Assembly (NCBI GenBank): GCA_021613535.1
Contig: CP075493.1
Location: forward strand, 13,020,001 to 13,084,000
DNA length: 64,000 bases
Direction of reading: 5' to 3'
Origin: Adineta vaga
Taxonomy: Eukaryota; Animalia; Rotifera
Of the stretch, positions 1 to 12,052 are shown one piece after another. Positions within the stretch are counted from its first letter, which is position 1. The number at the start of each line of letters is the position of its first letter. The position numbers were made by a program, and so were the translations under genes. The notes beneath the pieces are model-generated. The model was not told the DNA's origin. It saw nothing but the letters and a program-made list of their open reading frames with translations, and made no database searches.

Positions 1-249
1 GCATAAGCTAATATACCATTGAGACAAATACTTTTCAAATTTGTATATAATCAATTTGATAAAGATAATCATTCTGTAAATAAATAAATAGAATCACTAA
101 GTAAAAGACCAGGAATTATGATGAGAAATTAAAGAAGCATAAACGATAGAATTTATTGTATTTCATTTCTATGTAATCTACTCTGATGAAAGCGTAATTT
201 TAATCACCATCCAATAAGTTATATAAAATTCAAGATTCTTTAATTGAGA

Positions 250-560
250 AAGATTGCTTTTTAAAATTTACTTTGAACTAACATTTTTCTTCACTATCAA
301 TGATTACAAGATGCTTCAATTTGGATAGTTTTATGAAAATTTATGCAATCGACATTCATTGAGTAAAATTTTTACGCGAAGAATATCGTTCGATAAAATC
401 TTTCATTCGTCCTGGAATATCATTATCATTAACAAGTTGTAATGATTTTTATTGTTGTGTATTCTATTCTTGAAATAATTGTTTAATTAACACCTGTAAT
501 AATATCTTTCTTTCTACAGTAGTAAAGTTACTATCAACGATACTATAGTTTGTTCACATT
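250..560 (-). pseudogene. Possible decayed fragment of an F-box/LRR-like family gene
   Basis: Minus-strand translation gives 'KSLQLVNDNDIPGRMKDFIERYSSRKNFTQ*' flanked by stops. It resembles, from recall, the segment after the F-box in rotifer F-box-like proteins. Boundaries approximate. Confidence 0.3.
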
Positions 561-1015
561 AGAATTACAATATAAAAATTCTCAGTATTCGATTCATCCA
601 TATCAATAAAACGGTATAAACTTATATATATAATTATTCAGTGAATATCGATATAATCATGGCCAGTATTTAGAACTAACGGTTCGATTTTTATTATCGG
701 AAAATAGTATCAAAATAGATATCAATTATTTTCTTATTATATTTTTCCAACAAATACAATATGCCGTTGAGGACATACATTTGAAGATAATATTAATATA
801 CAAATATATTTTCATTGCTCTTTTCTTGAAAGTATTTCCTTCAAAATGAGTACCTTTTATACTTTAAATGATATACTTTTTTCTTGCTCGCATGTTCGAT
901 CGACAGCTCGATATAACAAATAATTTCAGAAATAAAATGATGCAGTTTTATTCATTTAAGTTCAATAAAATCAGTATTTTTTCAATGAAAAATTGTCCAT
1001 AAAAACGAATCAATA

Positions 1016-2699
1016 TCATTCAACGTCTATGTCAAATTTTTGTACTCGTCTATTGCCTTTGTCGAGAACATAAAGACTACCTATTCGATCGAAATAGATA
1101 CTCCAAGGATTTGCTAACTGATTTGATTGATTACCTTTTCCATTACCACCAACAACAACAGTACCTTCTGGTGCATCTTTCAACCAACGCATCACATGAT
1201 GATCGGATGATTCACATACATATATAGAACCCAAATGATCCACAAAAATTCCCGAAGGGATGCGTACAAATTTCGGATTTTTTTGTGATTCGTTATGTCG
1301 ATTAGCAACAGAAATACTTTTTTTGGCATCTTTTATCCATTTCATCACATTTTGATTTGAAGGATAGGATACATAGATCGATTGATCTGAGTCGACAAAA
1401 ACACTTCCAGGACCATGATTTAAAGAGATACCAGTTCCTTCTTTAATTACACCTGTCACTTCTACTCCATTGATTTCTCCTTCTCTCCAACGTCTTATCG
1501 CATTCGTCTGTGAGTCACTCACATAGAGATCACCATTTTCATTTATTGTTAAACAAGTACAACTGATATTGGGGATGATTACTTGTGGATGTTTATTTTG
1601 ATCACGAAACCATCGTACGACTCGTTTATTTCCCCTATCACAGATGGTAAGAGCGTTGTTCTTTTTATCGATAACTACACCTGTCGGACGCGTCAATTGA
1701 TCCGTTCGATTATCCATTCCATTTTTACCAGCTACAACTGTGCCATTACTTGCACCTTGTTTCCATTCGATAACACGATCATTATTCATGTCAGCAATAT
1801 ACATTGTTTGATTATCATCATCATCAATATATAAACCAAAAGGATTATCGAATTGATCCAATTGATTTCCTTTTCCATTTCCTCCAGCAATAGTTATTCC
1901 ATTTTGTTTCCATTTAGTTTTGCTATTAACTAAAATAAAAGTAATTTGCTTTTCGGAAAACTAAAAACAAAATTTGTCAATTACGTAAGACTTTTGAATC
2001 TAGAGAAATAGTATAATATTCTTTTCAATGATTCAATAAACAAATCATTTCTATACTCTTTTTGTTTCAATAAGACTATATATTTACGTGTTATCTTCTT
2101 TGTTGTTGACATTTTTTCTGATGTTACTGTTGTTGTTACTGTCGATGTCGATGCTATCATAGACGTTTGTTTTGATGTTACTGATGTTGTTACTGTGTAT
2201 GTCAATGCTATCGTAGAGGTTTCTATTGCTGTCATTGCCACTGTTGATATTTCTGACACGTTTCTCTTTTGCATTGAAATAATAGTTACCGGAATGATTA
2301 TGATCAATAGAATAGCAATGATAGAAATAATAATCCAGACAGATTTTGTTCGTTGACAATGTTGACATCTAACATAAAAACGACGAACATGAGAAAACTG
2401 TAGTCATATGAAGGAATAATATTGTGTTGGCAATGTAGTGAAAAGAGAGGAAACTAACGTTTTAATTCCAATATAGTTATTTAGAAGATATTCAATAGAC
2501 AATGAATCATTGATATTGAAGTTTTTATGAGTTGATATTATCGAAAATATACTTACGATATTCTGTTTGCATTATGTAATGTTTCAGTTTTGTCCATATG
2601 AACTGAATCGAACTGAAACAACAAAATAAAACATAAAATATGCAGTAATGTTCTTTTTTGAAGAATGAAATTACGAACTTCTTGCTTCTTTTCATTCAT
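1016..2699 (-). CDS. Type II membrane protein: short N-tail, TM helix, Thr-rich stalk, C-terminal NHL beta-propeller (5 coding exons)
   Basis: Manual splicing: ATG 2699 (MNEKKQEV), exon ~2602-2557, exon 2368-2088 (TM VWIIISIIAILLIIIIPVTII plus Thr/Ser stalk), 15-nt micro-exon 1999-1985, final exon 1929-1016 with NHL repeats (TIAGGNGKGNQLDQ, YIADMNNDRV, YVLDKGNRRVQKF). All introns are GT-AG and the frame is continuous. Confidence 0.85.
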
Positions 2700-3568
2700 G
2701 GTTGACAATTCTTCAAATCTACAAAAAAAAACATAAATTTGATTACAAGTTAACTATATTCACACAAACATAATCCATATATAAGACTATGTTGTTAAGA
2801 AGTCTCTAAAGAACAGTTGAGACGTTGGATTGTATATCTAACTTGACTAAAACATGGATGTTATAACTAGTTGAATGACTTGATAAAACACTTCTTTTTT
2901 TTTTAAATAGAACTTCTGTTCAAAATTATATCTACATCTGAACTAAAGCTCTACACTTGTTTATGGCTCGTGTCGTAACTAAACTATGATTTACAAGAAG
3001 TTTATCTAGAAAGTGAAAGTCATAGAAATTATTGACATTATCAAGACTTTATTCTACAAATAACATCAATCATTTCTCTCTTATATCTTAAGCAAAGCTC
3101 ATGAGTAAATACAAAATATTGAGTTAAAGTTAGAACAACAAAAGTATAGTTTCCTGATTTTCTAAGAATTAAAAATGTTTTATTTCATGCACAGTATGGC
3201 GATATGAAATGTTGATGTATAAATACTACTGTAATTAAATTCATTTTGCATAAAGACAATTATTTCTATTTAAACATATGCATTTATCGATGATGCTCTG
3301 ATATCAAACGATGAATGTTTGACTGAATTTTACTTCTACTTTCATTCACATCCTAGGATAAACTATCTCGATTACGAAAAAAAGTAGAAGTGCTACTTTC
3401 TTCAAACTGTTCAATATGTATGTGTGAAAAGAACGAGTATTTTATCATATTGAGGAGTAATTACATACCATTAATTATGCTAATTTCATGTTATCGTTAT
3501 GGTACATCAAAATATTGTGATCATCTATTTAAATATAAATCAAGATTCTAAAACTTGTCAACATATAA

Positions 3569-4118
3569 TTGGTCAATCAATCAATCGATTTTGTAACTGA
3601 TATTAAAAATGAAAATTTTTTTCTAATTATCGAAGATTTCATTAATAATTATGTTCTAAACCTTATTGATGATACAACACAATTACATTCAGTTTTCCTA
3701 TACTATCTGATGAGAATAGAATATGATCACGATGCAATCCCTATCATGTTATTCCTCCGAATAATGATCCAGAACCAAATATCGATCAAACTCAACTATC
3801 ATTCATGTATTCGCAATTGCTAAAAGAAATTTTACTTGAATTATCATGTAACGAAACTTTGAAAGAATTTCGAAAGAATAAATTGTTGATACATAGCGTG
3901 AAACATATCATCACGATCAATTGGAATTTGAAAAGATTGATGAATTTCGACAAAATTATACAGAAAATTTAGCTATTTGGTCGTATACAAAAGGTAGTTG
4001 TATTTATCAGAAACTTAATCATGTATTACGTATTGGAGATATTGAACTCACCGTTGAAATGGTTTCTTTCATCAACGATATTCATCGACAACTTGATTAT
4101 GAACGATTCTTTTTATAG
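3569..4118 (+). pseudogene. Decayed fragment of an ART-TPR family gene (pre-ART helical region)
   Basis: Frameshifted pieces 'QLSFMYSQLLKEILLEL' (~3790) and 'IDEFRQNYTENLAIWSYTKGSCIYQKLNHVLR...FINDIHRQL' match the region 'SFMWFQLLFKIL...IEDFSDKYDPNKAIAWYSQDTFLYRLLNRALR...YITDLHFQL' of the gene at 50314-54532. The fragment ends before the catalytic motifs. Confidence 0.75.
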
Positions 4119-4751
4119 TAGAACTTTTAATAGATGGCAAAATAATATTATATACATATATGATTTTTCTCAATAGAATTAGACTCAATTGCAGGCTCTA
4201 GTAGCTATGCAAACTCAACAGGTCCAACAACCTTCTCAAGCACAACAATCTGTAGAGCCTCCGCAAACATCAGAAGCCCAACAAAACTAATCAGATCGAA
4301 TATGTCAAACAACTCGACTAACACAAAAACTTTTTCAGGCTTAATATACTTTAGAGATTTGTATACATTGGCCATGGAGAAATATAAGATAAGATAGATT
4401 GTTACAGTTTTGAGGGTGAGGGTGTAGCTCAGCGTCTGTATCTCTTCTCTTCCTCATCCCCAAATAATATATCTACTTGATTAAGCTAATCATCTTCTTT
4501 TCAGGTACTCGAATTATATGTTTCATATTTCTATCTAGTACTACGTGACTTGGATGCAAGCAAATTTTCATACATGATCAAACATTTAATTTTTTCAAAA
4601 AGATCAAATTTCTACTTTTTTTCCCCATAAATGTCACGAATGGCAAGCTTTAATAAAAGGAAGAAAACTGTTGCTTGAACGTGTAACTAGATTATTATGA
4701 ATCGTCATAGAATTAGATAAAACCACGATTGAATCAACTTTGGATACTAAG

Positions 4752-7700
4752 ATGGTCATAATTTATCTATCAATGCTAATAGGAATACTATCAATGGCAA
4801 TGTGTCAATTCAATATGTATCAAATAGAAAATTATTACGATAGATACTGTCTGTTATTGATTGAAGATTATATAGGGTGGGTAGACGATCATGATCCAAA
4901 CATGATCCCACTACATGAAACCATATCATATTGTTTTCGTTTATCTGAAGATGATAATGATACATTGATTTCTTTTTTCGAAAATGTTACTGATCCTGTT
5001 TTTACTTTTATGGAATTAAAAGGAAGAAATATCACGAGTGAAATGCTACTGTCATGGTCTGCTACAATAGATCTAACAGAAGACTATGAGATATTTTTAA
5101 CTAATAACACGTCATCATTGTTATTACACAAACAAACATTTTATAATTGTACATTACCATGGTTTGGACCGTTCTGCGCTTTTAATTTCGACGATATTTC
5201 CATTCAATCATTCAATGATATCGTCAAGACTTCTTTTCGAGTAAAACGAAAAATAGATAAAAATATTCAAGCAACATGTTACATACATTTAGCATGCAAA
5301 ACATTGTTATCATGTTTAGATTGGCGAGAAATTTGTAATGGCATGATCGATTGTTTGGATGGATCAGATGAAAAGAATTGTTGGCAGTTAGAAATAAATC
5401 AATGTAATAATAATGAATATCGATGTCATAATGGTCAGTGTATACCAATAGAGTTTTATCGTGATCATGTAAGTCATCCTGATTGTATGGACAGAACAGA
5501 TGAACTATCCTCAGTATCTCTCAAGCAATGTTATTTAAATCCATACTTTAAATGTGAACAACATATGTGCTCACCGGTATATGATGAATTTCCTTGTGGC
5601 GATGGTGAATGTACAGATGGCATTAACAAATGTTCAAATGGTCGTTTGAGTATTTTATTAAACGATTATTGTTCGACTGCAGTAAGCTGTCAGCTAACGC
5701 CAGAATTTATTTCTGGTATAGCATGCCTCAAATGTCAGAAAAATAACTGCATAAAAGAAAATTGTTCATCGTTATTTGAATATCAAACTGTTCCTCCAAT
5801 TTTTGGACACGTACATTTTCTGTTTTCAAATATGATAAACATTTCTGATGGCGTACCTTTACCTGAATATGTGTGTTATGATGAAAAACTTTGTGAAAAT
5901 TTCATACCAGCAACAGAAAATATTGGTTCTTACACATGTCGTAAGTTTAATCTTTCAGAAATAGGATCTAGATATTCTTATGAAAGCTTTAATCGCATAA
6001 TTGTCGATGTTAAAAATCGCTTTCGCACATGTTTACAGATGAATAATAATTACGATTATTGTAATAATTCGATGATGTATCAATGTAGTAATTCAAAAAA
6101 ATGCATATCAAAACAACGTCTTGTCGATGGTTTTCAAGATTGTCCAGAAAATGATGACGAAGAATATCAATCAAGCTGTTCACTTGACGATGTCCGGCAA
6201 CGTTTTCAATGTATATATAATGATCCGAAAAAATGTATTTCATTTGTTGCTCTTCATAATACCAAGATAGATTGCAACATGGGCGAAGATGAAACGGGAT
6301 CTTTTGAAAATTACAAACTGACACATATTTATTTTCAGAATATTTGCGACGGGGAAGCTGATTTATTACCTATACAAATTGACGGAAAATATGAAACCGA
6401 TGAAACAGAGTGTAAAGATTGGCCATGTGGCAATATTTATGCAAAATGTAGTCCACATCAGAAATGTGAAAATAGAATTGATCGAATACTTTGTTCAAAG
6501 TATGATGTAAGTAGTACCAATGGTATTTGTGAATCTTTCATTGATAATCATGATTATTCATGCATATCGATCGATGAAAATACGGTACCGAAAAATGAAA
6601 TTATTTCATTTATTGACATATCAAAATATATTCACTGTTGGGATAATAAAAAATCCGTCCCATATAAGTGGTTTTGTGGTCAAACCAACTTTTGTTTACT
6701 AAGCGGTTTTGTTCCATTTTGTTCATATTTTCAGTTAACAAACACGCAATTATGTCATGATTTAGTATCAAGTGTTCATATTGAAGGTAAACATAATTCT
6801 ACTTGTATTATTCGTGGTATTAACCAATGGAAATCAAGGATGTATTTCAAAGTACTTGGTATGTCAACTTTTCCTTTAAATATAAGAAATATGACTGGTG
6901 CAAAACAATCATTTATAGAAAAAAAAGATCGTTCAATTAAAAAGACTCGAAAAGTTATTGACAGTTCGGCTGAAGCTTGGCGCTGCACTCGAGGTATTTC
7001 AGTCCGTATTCGAATAGATTTTAATAAAACCCGTTTGTATTGCCTTTGTCCTCCAAGCTATTACGGTGACAAATGTCAATATCAAAATGAACGGGTTAGT
7101 ATTACTCTTCAAATTCAAGTTTTATCAAATTGGACGAATATTATTGTTTTTCTGATCACTCTAATTGATAATGAAAAACATATTGACTCCTATGAATATG
7201 TTGAATATTTACCTAGTCGTGATTGCAATACAAAATACAATCGTTACTTACTGTATTCGACTAGACCAAAAAATTCATCGAAAAAATATTTCGTAAAAAT
7301 TGATGCATATGATCAAGCGATATTAAAATATCGAACAAGTTGGATTTTTCCAATACAATTTCCTTTTCTTCCTGTACATCATTTACCTGTTCTACTCAAA
7401 GTTCCACTATCAATAGAAAAACCTATCGAGTCTAATTGCTGGCCACCATGTATTCATGGGCAGTGTCATTCCTACATCAATAATGACAATTTAACTCAGT
7501 GTCATTGTGAATCTGGATGGTCTGGTACTCAATGTAATATACAACATCTATGTAAGTGTGCATTCGGTTCTTTATGTATAAGCGATTCAATTTGTTTGTG
7601 TTCAGCAAGTCGTTTTGGTCGTCGATGTTATCTTCGTGAACTATCATGTCAATCAAATCCATGTCTTAATGATGGACAATGTATTTTACAGGATGTACGT

Positions 7701-9335
7701 TACAGAAGCCAACATCAGAATCGATTGACGTGTGTTTGTCGTCAAGGTTATACAGGAGATCGTTGTGAACATCAACAAAATCAAACCGAAATTGATTTAT
7801 CATTTGATGAACTTGAAATAATTCCTTCCGCTGTATTAATTCATTTCATTTTTGCCGAAGAAAATGGTCCACCTCAACGAAATACTATAATGAAAAAAAT
7901 TGAATTTGATGAATATTCCACAAAAATTTCGACTTCAGTTATATTTCACATGGCATTTGCACAAATTTCACACGATTATTATTTGATTATTGTTCGTGAA
8001 AACGAGATTTATTTCGAAAAAATATCAACAAAAATTGTTTCTGAATATCGTTGTCGTTCGATCGTTGTATTATTCGACGAAACATTTTTGAAACAACATT
8101 TATTAAAAAGAATTAAATATTATTTTGTTCCCTGTGAAAAATATATTGGATTGAATTGTTTTTATGATGAATTACATATATGTTTATGTACACAAAATCG
8201 ACAAGTAAATTGCTTTGAATTTAATCACAATATGACGTATGATTGTAATGGTTTGAATTTTTGTCATAAACGAGGCAATTGCTTTCTTGACAATAATAAA
8301 TGTCCTAAATCAAAATTTTGTAGTTGCACTGATTGCTTCTTCGGATCAACATGTCAATTTTCAACAAAAGAGTCAATACTCTCGTTGGATATTATTTTAG
8401 GTTATCATGTTCGTTTGAATGTCGAATTCAAACAACAAAAACGTATCGTGAAAATCGCTACAATATTAACAGCAATTATTTCCGTTGTCGGCATGATTAA
8501 CAGTTTTCTTTGTAGCCAAACTTTCAAAAGAAAAGATATGCGAAACATTGGTTGTAGCCGTTATCTTTATGCATCATCAATCATTTCACTACTTATAATG
8601 ATCTTCCTAATATTGAAAATTACCTTCTTTTTAACTTTACAGATGAATTCAAGCAATAAAGATCATAAGTTCTTTCATATTCAATGTTTATCGATGGATT
8701 ATCTACTTCGCTGTCTTTTATTCATTAATGACTGGCTCTATGCATTTGTAGCTATGGAACGAGCTGTTAATGCCGCAAAAGGAATACACTTCAATAAGAT
8801 AAAAAGTAAACAAATTGCAAAATGGATGATATTGATTATTATTGTTTTTATTAGTATTACTTGTCTTTATGATCCGTTTCAGCGTCGTTTAATGTATGAT
8901 GAAGAAGGAGAACGTGTATGGTGTCTGAGTGAATATTCGCCGTTCATACGAATAATTGATTCGATTGTCAATGTTGCTCATTTTTTAGTTCCGTTTTTGA
9001 TTAACATAATTTCAGCACTGACTATCATCTTTTTTGTTACTCGTACTCGTTCGAGAGCGCAAACAACAAAAGCATTTAAAACACATTTAAATGAACAAAT
9101 TCAATCTCATGTACATCTAATAATCTCTCCATTAATTCTCATTGTATTAACTGTTCCTCGTCTAACTATATCGATGTTGTCTGGATGTATGAAATCAGCT
9201 CGATATTCTTGGATTTATCTCATTAGTTATTTCATTTCATTCGCTCCACCAAGCTTGACATCTGTCATTTTCATTTTACCGTCTGAACTTTATAGACGCG
9301 AATTGAAATCAGAAATCAGAAATTTGTTCAAATGA
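4752..9335 (+). CDS. Intronless large GPCR: signal peptide, LDLa repeats, EGF-like repeats, rhodopsin-like 7TM (~1,527 aa)
   Basis: Single long ORF; first ATG at 4752 gives signal peptide MVIIYLSMLIGILSMAMC. LDLa motifs (CLDWREICNGMIDCLDGSDE, CHNGQCI), EGF motifs (CLCPPSYYGDKC, CQSNPCLNDGQC..CVCRQGYTGDRC), seven C-terminal hydrophobic segments with AMERAV at TM3. Confidence 0.9.
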   Translation: MVIIYLSMLIGILSMAMCQFNMYQIENYYDRYCLLLIEDYIGWVDDHDPNMIPLHETISYCFRLSEDDNDTLISFFENVTDPVFTFMELKGRNITSEMLLSWSATIDLTEDYEIFLTNNTSSLLLHKQTFYNCTLPWFGPFCAFNFDDISIQSFNDIVKTSFRVKRKIDKNIQATCYIHLACKTLLSCLDWREICNGMIDCLDGSDEKNCWQLEINQCNNNEYRCHNGQCIPIEFYRDHVSHPDCMDRTDELSSVSLKQCYLNPYFKCEQHMCSPVYDEFPCGDGECTDGINKCSNGRLSILLNDYCSTAVSCQLTPEFISGIACLKCQKNNCIKENCSSLFEYQTVPPIFGHVHFLFSNMINISDGVPLPEYVCYDEKLCENFIPATENIGSYTCRKFNLSEIGSRYSYESFNRIIVDVKNRFRTCLQMNNNYDYCNNSMMYQCSNSKKCISKQRLVDGFQDCPENDDEEYQSSCSLDDVRQRFQCIYNDPKKCISFVALHNTKIDCNMGEDETGSFENYKLTHIYFQNICDGEADLLPIQIDGKYETDETECKDWPCGNIYAKCSPHQKCENRIDRILCSKYDVSSTNGICESFIDNHDYSCISIDENTVPKNEIISFIDISKYIHCWDNKKSVPYKWFCGQTNFCLLSGFVPFCSYFQLTNTQLCHDLVSSVHIEGKHNSTCIIRGINQWKSRMYFKVLGMSTFPLNIRNMTGAKQSFIEKKDRSIKKTRKVIDSSAEAWRCTRGISVRIRIDFNKTRLYCLCPPSYYGDKCQYQNERVSITLQIQVLSNWTNIIVFLITLIDNEKHIDSYEYVEYLPSRDCNTKYNRYLLYSTRPKNSSKKYFVKIDAYDQAILKYRTSWIFPIQFPFLPVHHLPVLLKVPLSIEKPIESNCWPPCIHGQCHSYINNDNLTQCHCESGWSGTQCNIQHLCKCAFGSLCISDSICLCSASRFGRRCYLRELSCQSNPCLNDGQCILQDVRYRSQHQNRLTCVCRQGYTGDRCEHQQNQTEIDLSFDELEIIPSAVLIHFIFAEENGPPQRNTIMKKIEFDEYSTKISTSVIFHMAFAQISHDYYLIIVRENEIYFEKISTKIVSEYRCRSIVVLFDETFLKQHLLKRIKYYFVPCEKYIGLNCFYDELHICLCTQNRQVNCFEFNHNMTYDCNGLNFCHKRGNCFLDNNKCPKSKFCSCTDCFFGSTCQFSTKESILSLDIILGYHVRLNVEFKQQKRIVKIATILTAIISVVGMINSFLCSQTFKRKDMRNIGCSRYLYASSIISLLIMIFLILKITFFLTLQMNSSNKDHKFFHIQCLSMDYLLRCLLFINDWLYAFVAMERAVNAAKGIHFNKIKSKQIAKWMILIIIVFISITCLYDPFQRRLMYDEEGERVWCLSEYSPFIRIIDSIVNVAHFLVPFLINIISALTIIFFVTRTRSRAQTTKAFKTHLNEQIQSHVHLIISPLILIVLTVPRLTISMLSGCMKSARYSWIYLISYFISFAPPSLTSVIFILPSELYRRELKSEIRNLFK

Positions 9336-9579
9336 AGTATTTATCTACTAGGTGAATCGATCCGACGACAGATTGCACCGCAATACACAGGAGTCTCAGA
9401 ATAATCCGATCGTAACCTAAACGATTAATAAAGAGTTTTGATTTTTAGTGGAAAAACTTCATTTAATTTTAATTTAAGTCAAATGATCCACCCCACCCAG
9501 TGGTATAATACATACTTCCTTTTTTTTAAAGTTTATTTAAATTTGATAATAGTTTGCTTAAATACATTTGTCAATAGTA

Positions 9580-10093
9580 TGTCATCGAAAAGTAGCTTCT
9601 CAGCTGAAGCTTACGGACATGATCGATGGTGTATCTCCCTTTGTCCAATATTTTTAGCCACCAAAAATTATGTGGAATATCATCTGAAAACGAAGCCAAT
9701 CAACTAATACCTAAGAATTATTCAATCAGATAAATTATTAACAGTACAAGACTTGATGCCCTAGTTAATGAGAATATTGATGTAATAAAAATAGACGTCG
9801 AAGGATCGAAATTATATGCAATGGTGGATGCAACTCGTTTATTTGATCAAAATGAAGTTCATCATATCATATCAGAGTTTAGTCCTCAAACGATGTGGGA
9901 TAAGAAAAGCGATCCATACGAATATCTACAATTTTTCCTCTCGCGTGCATATAATATTCGAATTGTTGACAATGCATTAACGAGTTTATATGAACAAAAT
10001 GCTTGTCAAACAGTGGCAGTTCATAAATCTGAGCAAGATCTCCGAAGATTGACAAATGGAGAACAGTTGAATTTATGGTTTACAAAAGATTGA
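9580..10093 (+). pseudogene. Truncated FkbM-family SAM methyltransferase remnant
   Basis: In frame upstream of ORF 9821: 'STRLDALVNENIDVIKIDVEGSKLYAM...IISEFSP', matching the FkbM KIDVEG motif. In-frame TAA at 9731-9733 and no N-terminal SAM-binding DxGAN motif found. Confidence 0.6.
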
Positions 10094-10345
10094 TATTTTA
10101 AAAATAACAATTAACATCTCAATTTTACTTTGAGCATATGGATGAAAGTTTTGATCTACTTCACATTTACATTCATAAAGTTTACATACATAAAATTTAG
10201 TTTCTGATTCGGATACTCTTCTCCAAGAGAGAAAAAAACATGTGATGATGCTGGTAGGAAAGTGAACATTCTCGAGGACGGAGGCAAATAGGTGACAATT
10301 ATACTGGAATTTCATAAATGATTTGAAGGGAAATGTGTATCTAAT

Positions 10346-11275
10346 TTAATTTCGATTCAAATGTGAATATTTCAAAAATCTTCCTGTTAAGTATCGTCGA
10401 AGATCATGGTTGTAGATGAATAAATCAACAATATTGATGAATGAACTTAGTACAGGTAAAATTTGCAATAGAATAGTAATCCATAGAGTTTTTTCTTGCG
10501 TCCCAACAATCATTAAGTATATATAAATAGGTCCCCATCCAGCAATGAATACCACAAACATGAAAAGCATATGTTTAACTAGATAAATATCTCGAGTACG
10601 TCCATGATTCACACTTGAGATAGCGGATGTGCTGAAGGTTAATGTATGAACACGTCGAGTCGAAGAATGCACTGAATAAAATATCATCGAATTGAAAAAG
10701 ATCATAATAATCGATGGCAGTATAAGCGCAATGAATAGAATATAGAAATCAATCCAAAAAGATGTACTATTGCCATTTTGGCATGCCTGTTAGAGTAAAA
10801 AGATATAGATCATGTTAGTCCGTATTTAATTGATATTTACCCTGAAAGAAAGAAAAAATTGAGGCAAAGGTAAAACAATGGCTACAATCCATTGTACGAT
10901 TATTGACATGAAAGACCATGTTTGTTTCTTGAAACGTTTCTTATTGGAATACATAACTGTAAAAAATCGATTGAGAGTGATAATAACTAACGCATAAATT
11001 GTCAAACAATTCATCATGTCTGACAAATACGAAGTGAAAACACATAAAATAGTTGGTCGAATCAGAATATTGCTATAGGAGCAAACTAACATTGTATACA
11101 CGACCCAATAACTACCACAAACAATACCAGTTAAACAAACATTACCTGTCAAAATATTAGTTGCAGTATGGAACCGTCGAATTAAGATAATTGATAGAAG
11201 ATAGATTAACATTAATATAATAGTAAAGAGAAGAAGAACAATATTTATAATATATGTGATATGAAGACCATCCAT
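10346..11275 (-). CDS. Short orphan rhodopsin-like GPCR, copy A (2 exons, 291 aa)
   Basis: Exon 11275-10841, GT-AG intron 10840-10787, exon 10786-10346. Seven hydrophobic segments, 'ITLNRF' at the DRY position, 'FIAGWGP' in TM6. Confidence 0.85.
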
Positions 11276-12052
11276 TTTAATATGGAATGGAAATTAGACA
11301 AGTAAAAATAATATCGGTTTGTTAATGGAAAATACTCAAGCACATTAACATCATTATCACCGTTGAGGCAATATTAAATGAAAATGTTAAATGTACTTCA
11401 TCATAAATATATTTTTTGAATATAAAATTAAACGACATTATATCACTCATTGTATTTATTCTAGATAAAGGAACAATCTTACTCCTTGCATATCATCTCT
11501 TCGAGATTTAAAATATTTCGATTAAAAACTACGTACTTACGATGTAGAGGAAGTTGTTTTAAACGATCAATGAAAAACAAAAGTATTCAAAGGAGAATAT
11601 ATTGCTTGCAATAGTTCAAGACACTCAAAAACATGTATCTAATTGCTTTCTATCTACCTTTCTATCACGAGTGAGACATTCGAGAGAAAAAACAGTACAT
11701 TAAGGTTTTTCTAACACAAACTAAAAGATCTACCATGCGCTGCTGCATAACATATCATTCGATAATATTTCGTATTAATTTCTAGTGAAACAATATCAAT
11801 ACAATATGAAAAGAGTTGTTGGAGTCTTTGTTATTTTATTTCAAAACAAAGAAGACTTTTTTCTTGAGAGTGACATTCACATTCATAAAGTTTACATACA
11901 TAAAATTAGTTTCTGAATCGGGTAATCTTCTACAAGAGAGAAAAAAAACATGTGATAATGGTACGAAAGTGAACATTCTCGAGGACGGAGGCAAATAGGC
12001 GACAATTATACTGGAATTTCATAAATGCTTTGATGGGAAATATGTATCTAAT

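Noticed and set aside
4208-4291. Short Gln-rich ORF MQTQQVQQPSQAQQ...
   Set aside because: Only 27 codons, preceded by an in-frame stop, with no recognisable family.
4421-4500. GGTGTAGCTCAG resembles a tRNA 5' end / A-box
   Set aside because: No T-arm (GTTC.A) or acceptor-stem complement follows.
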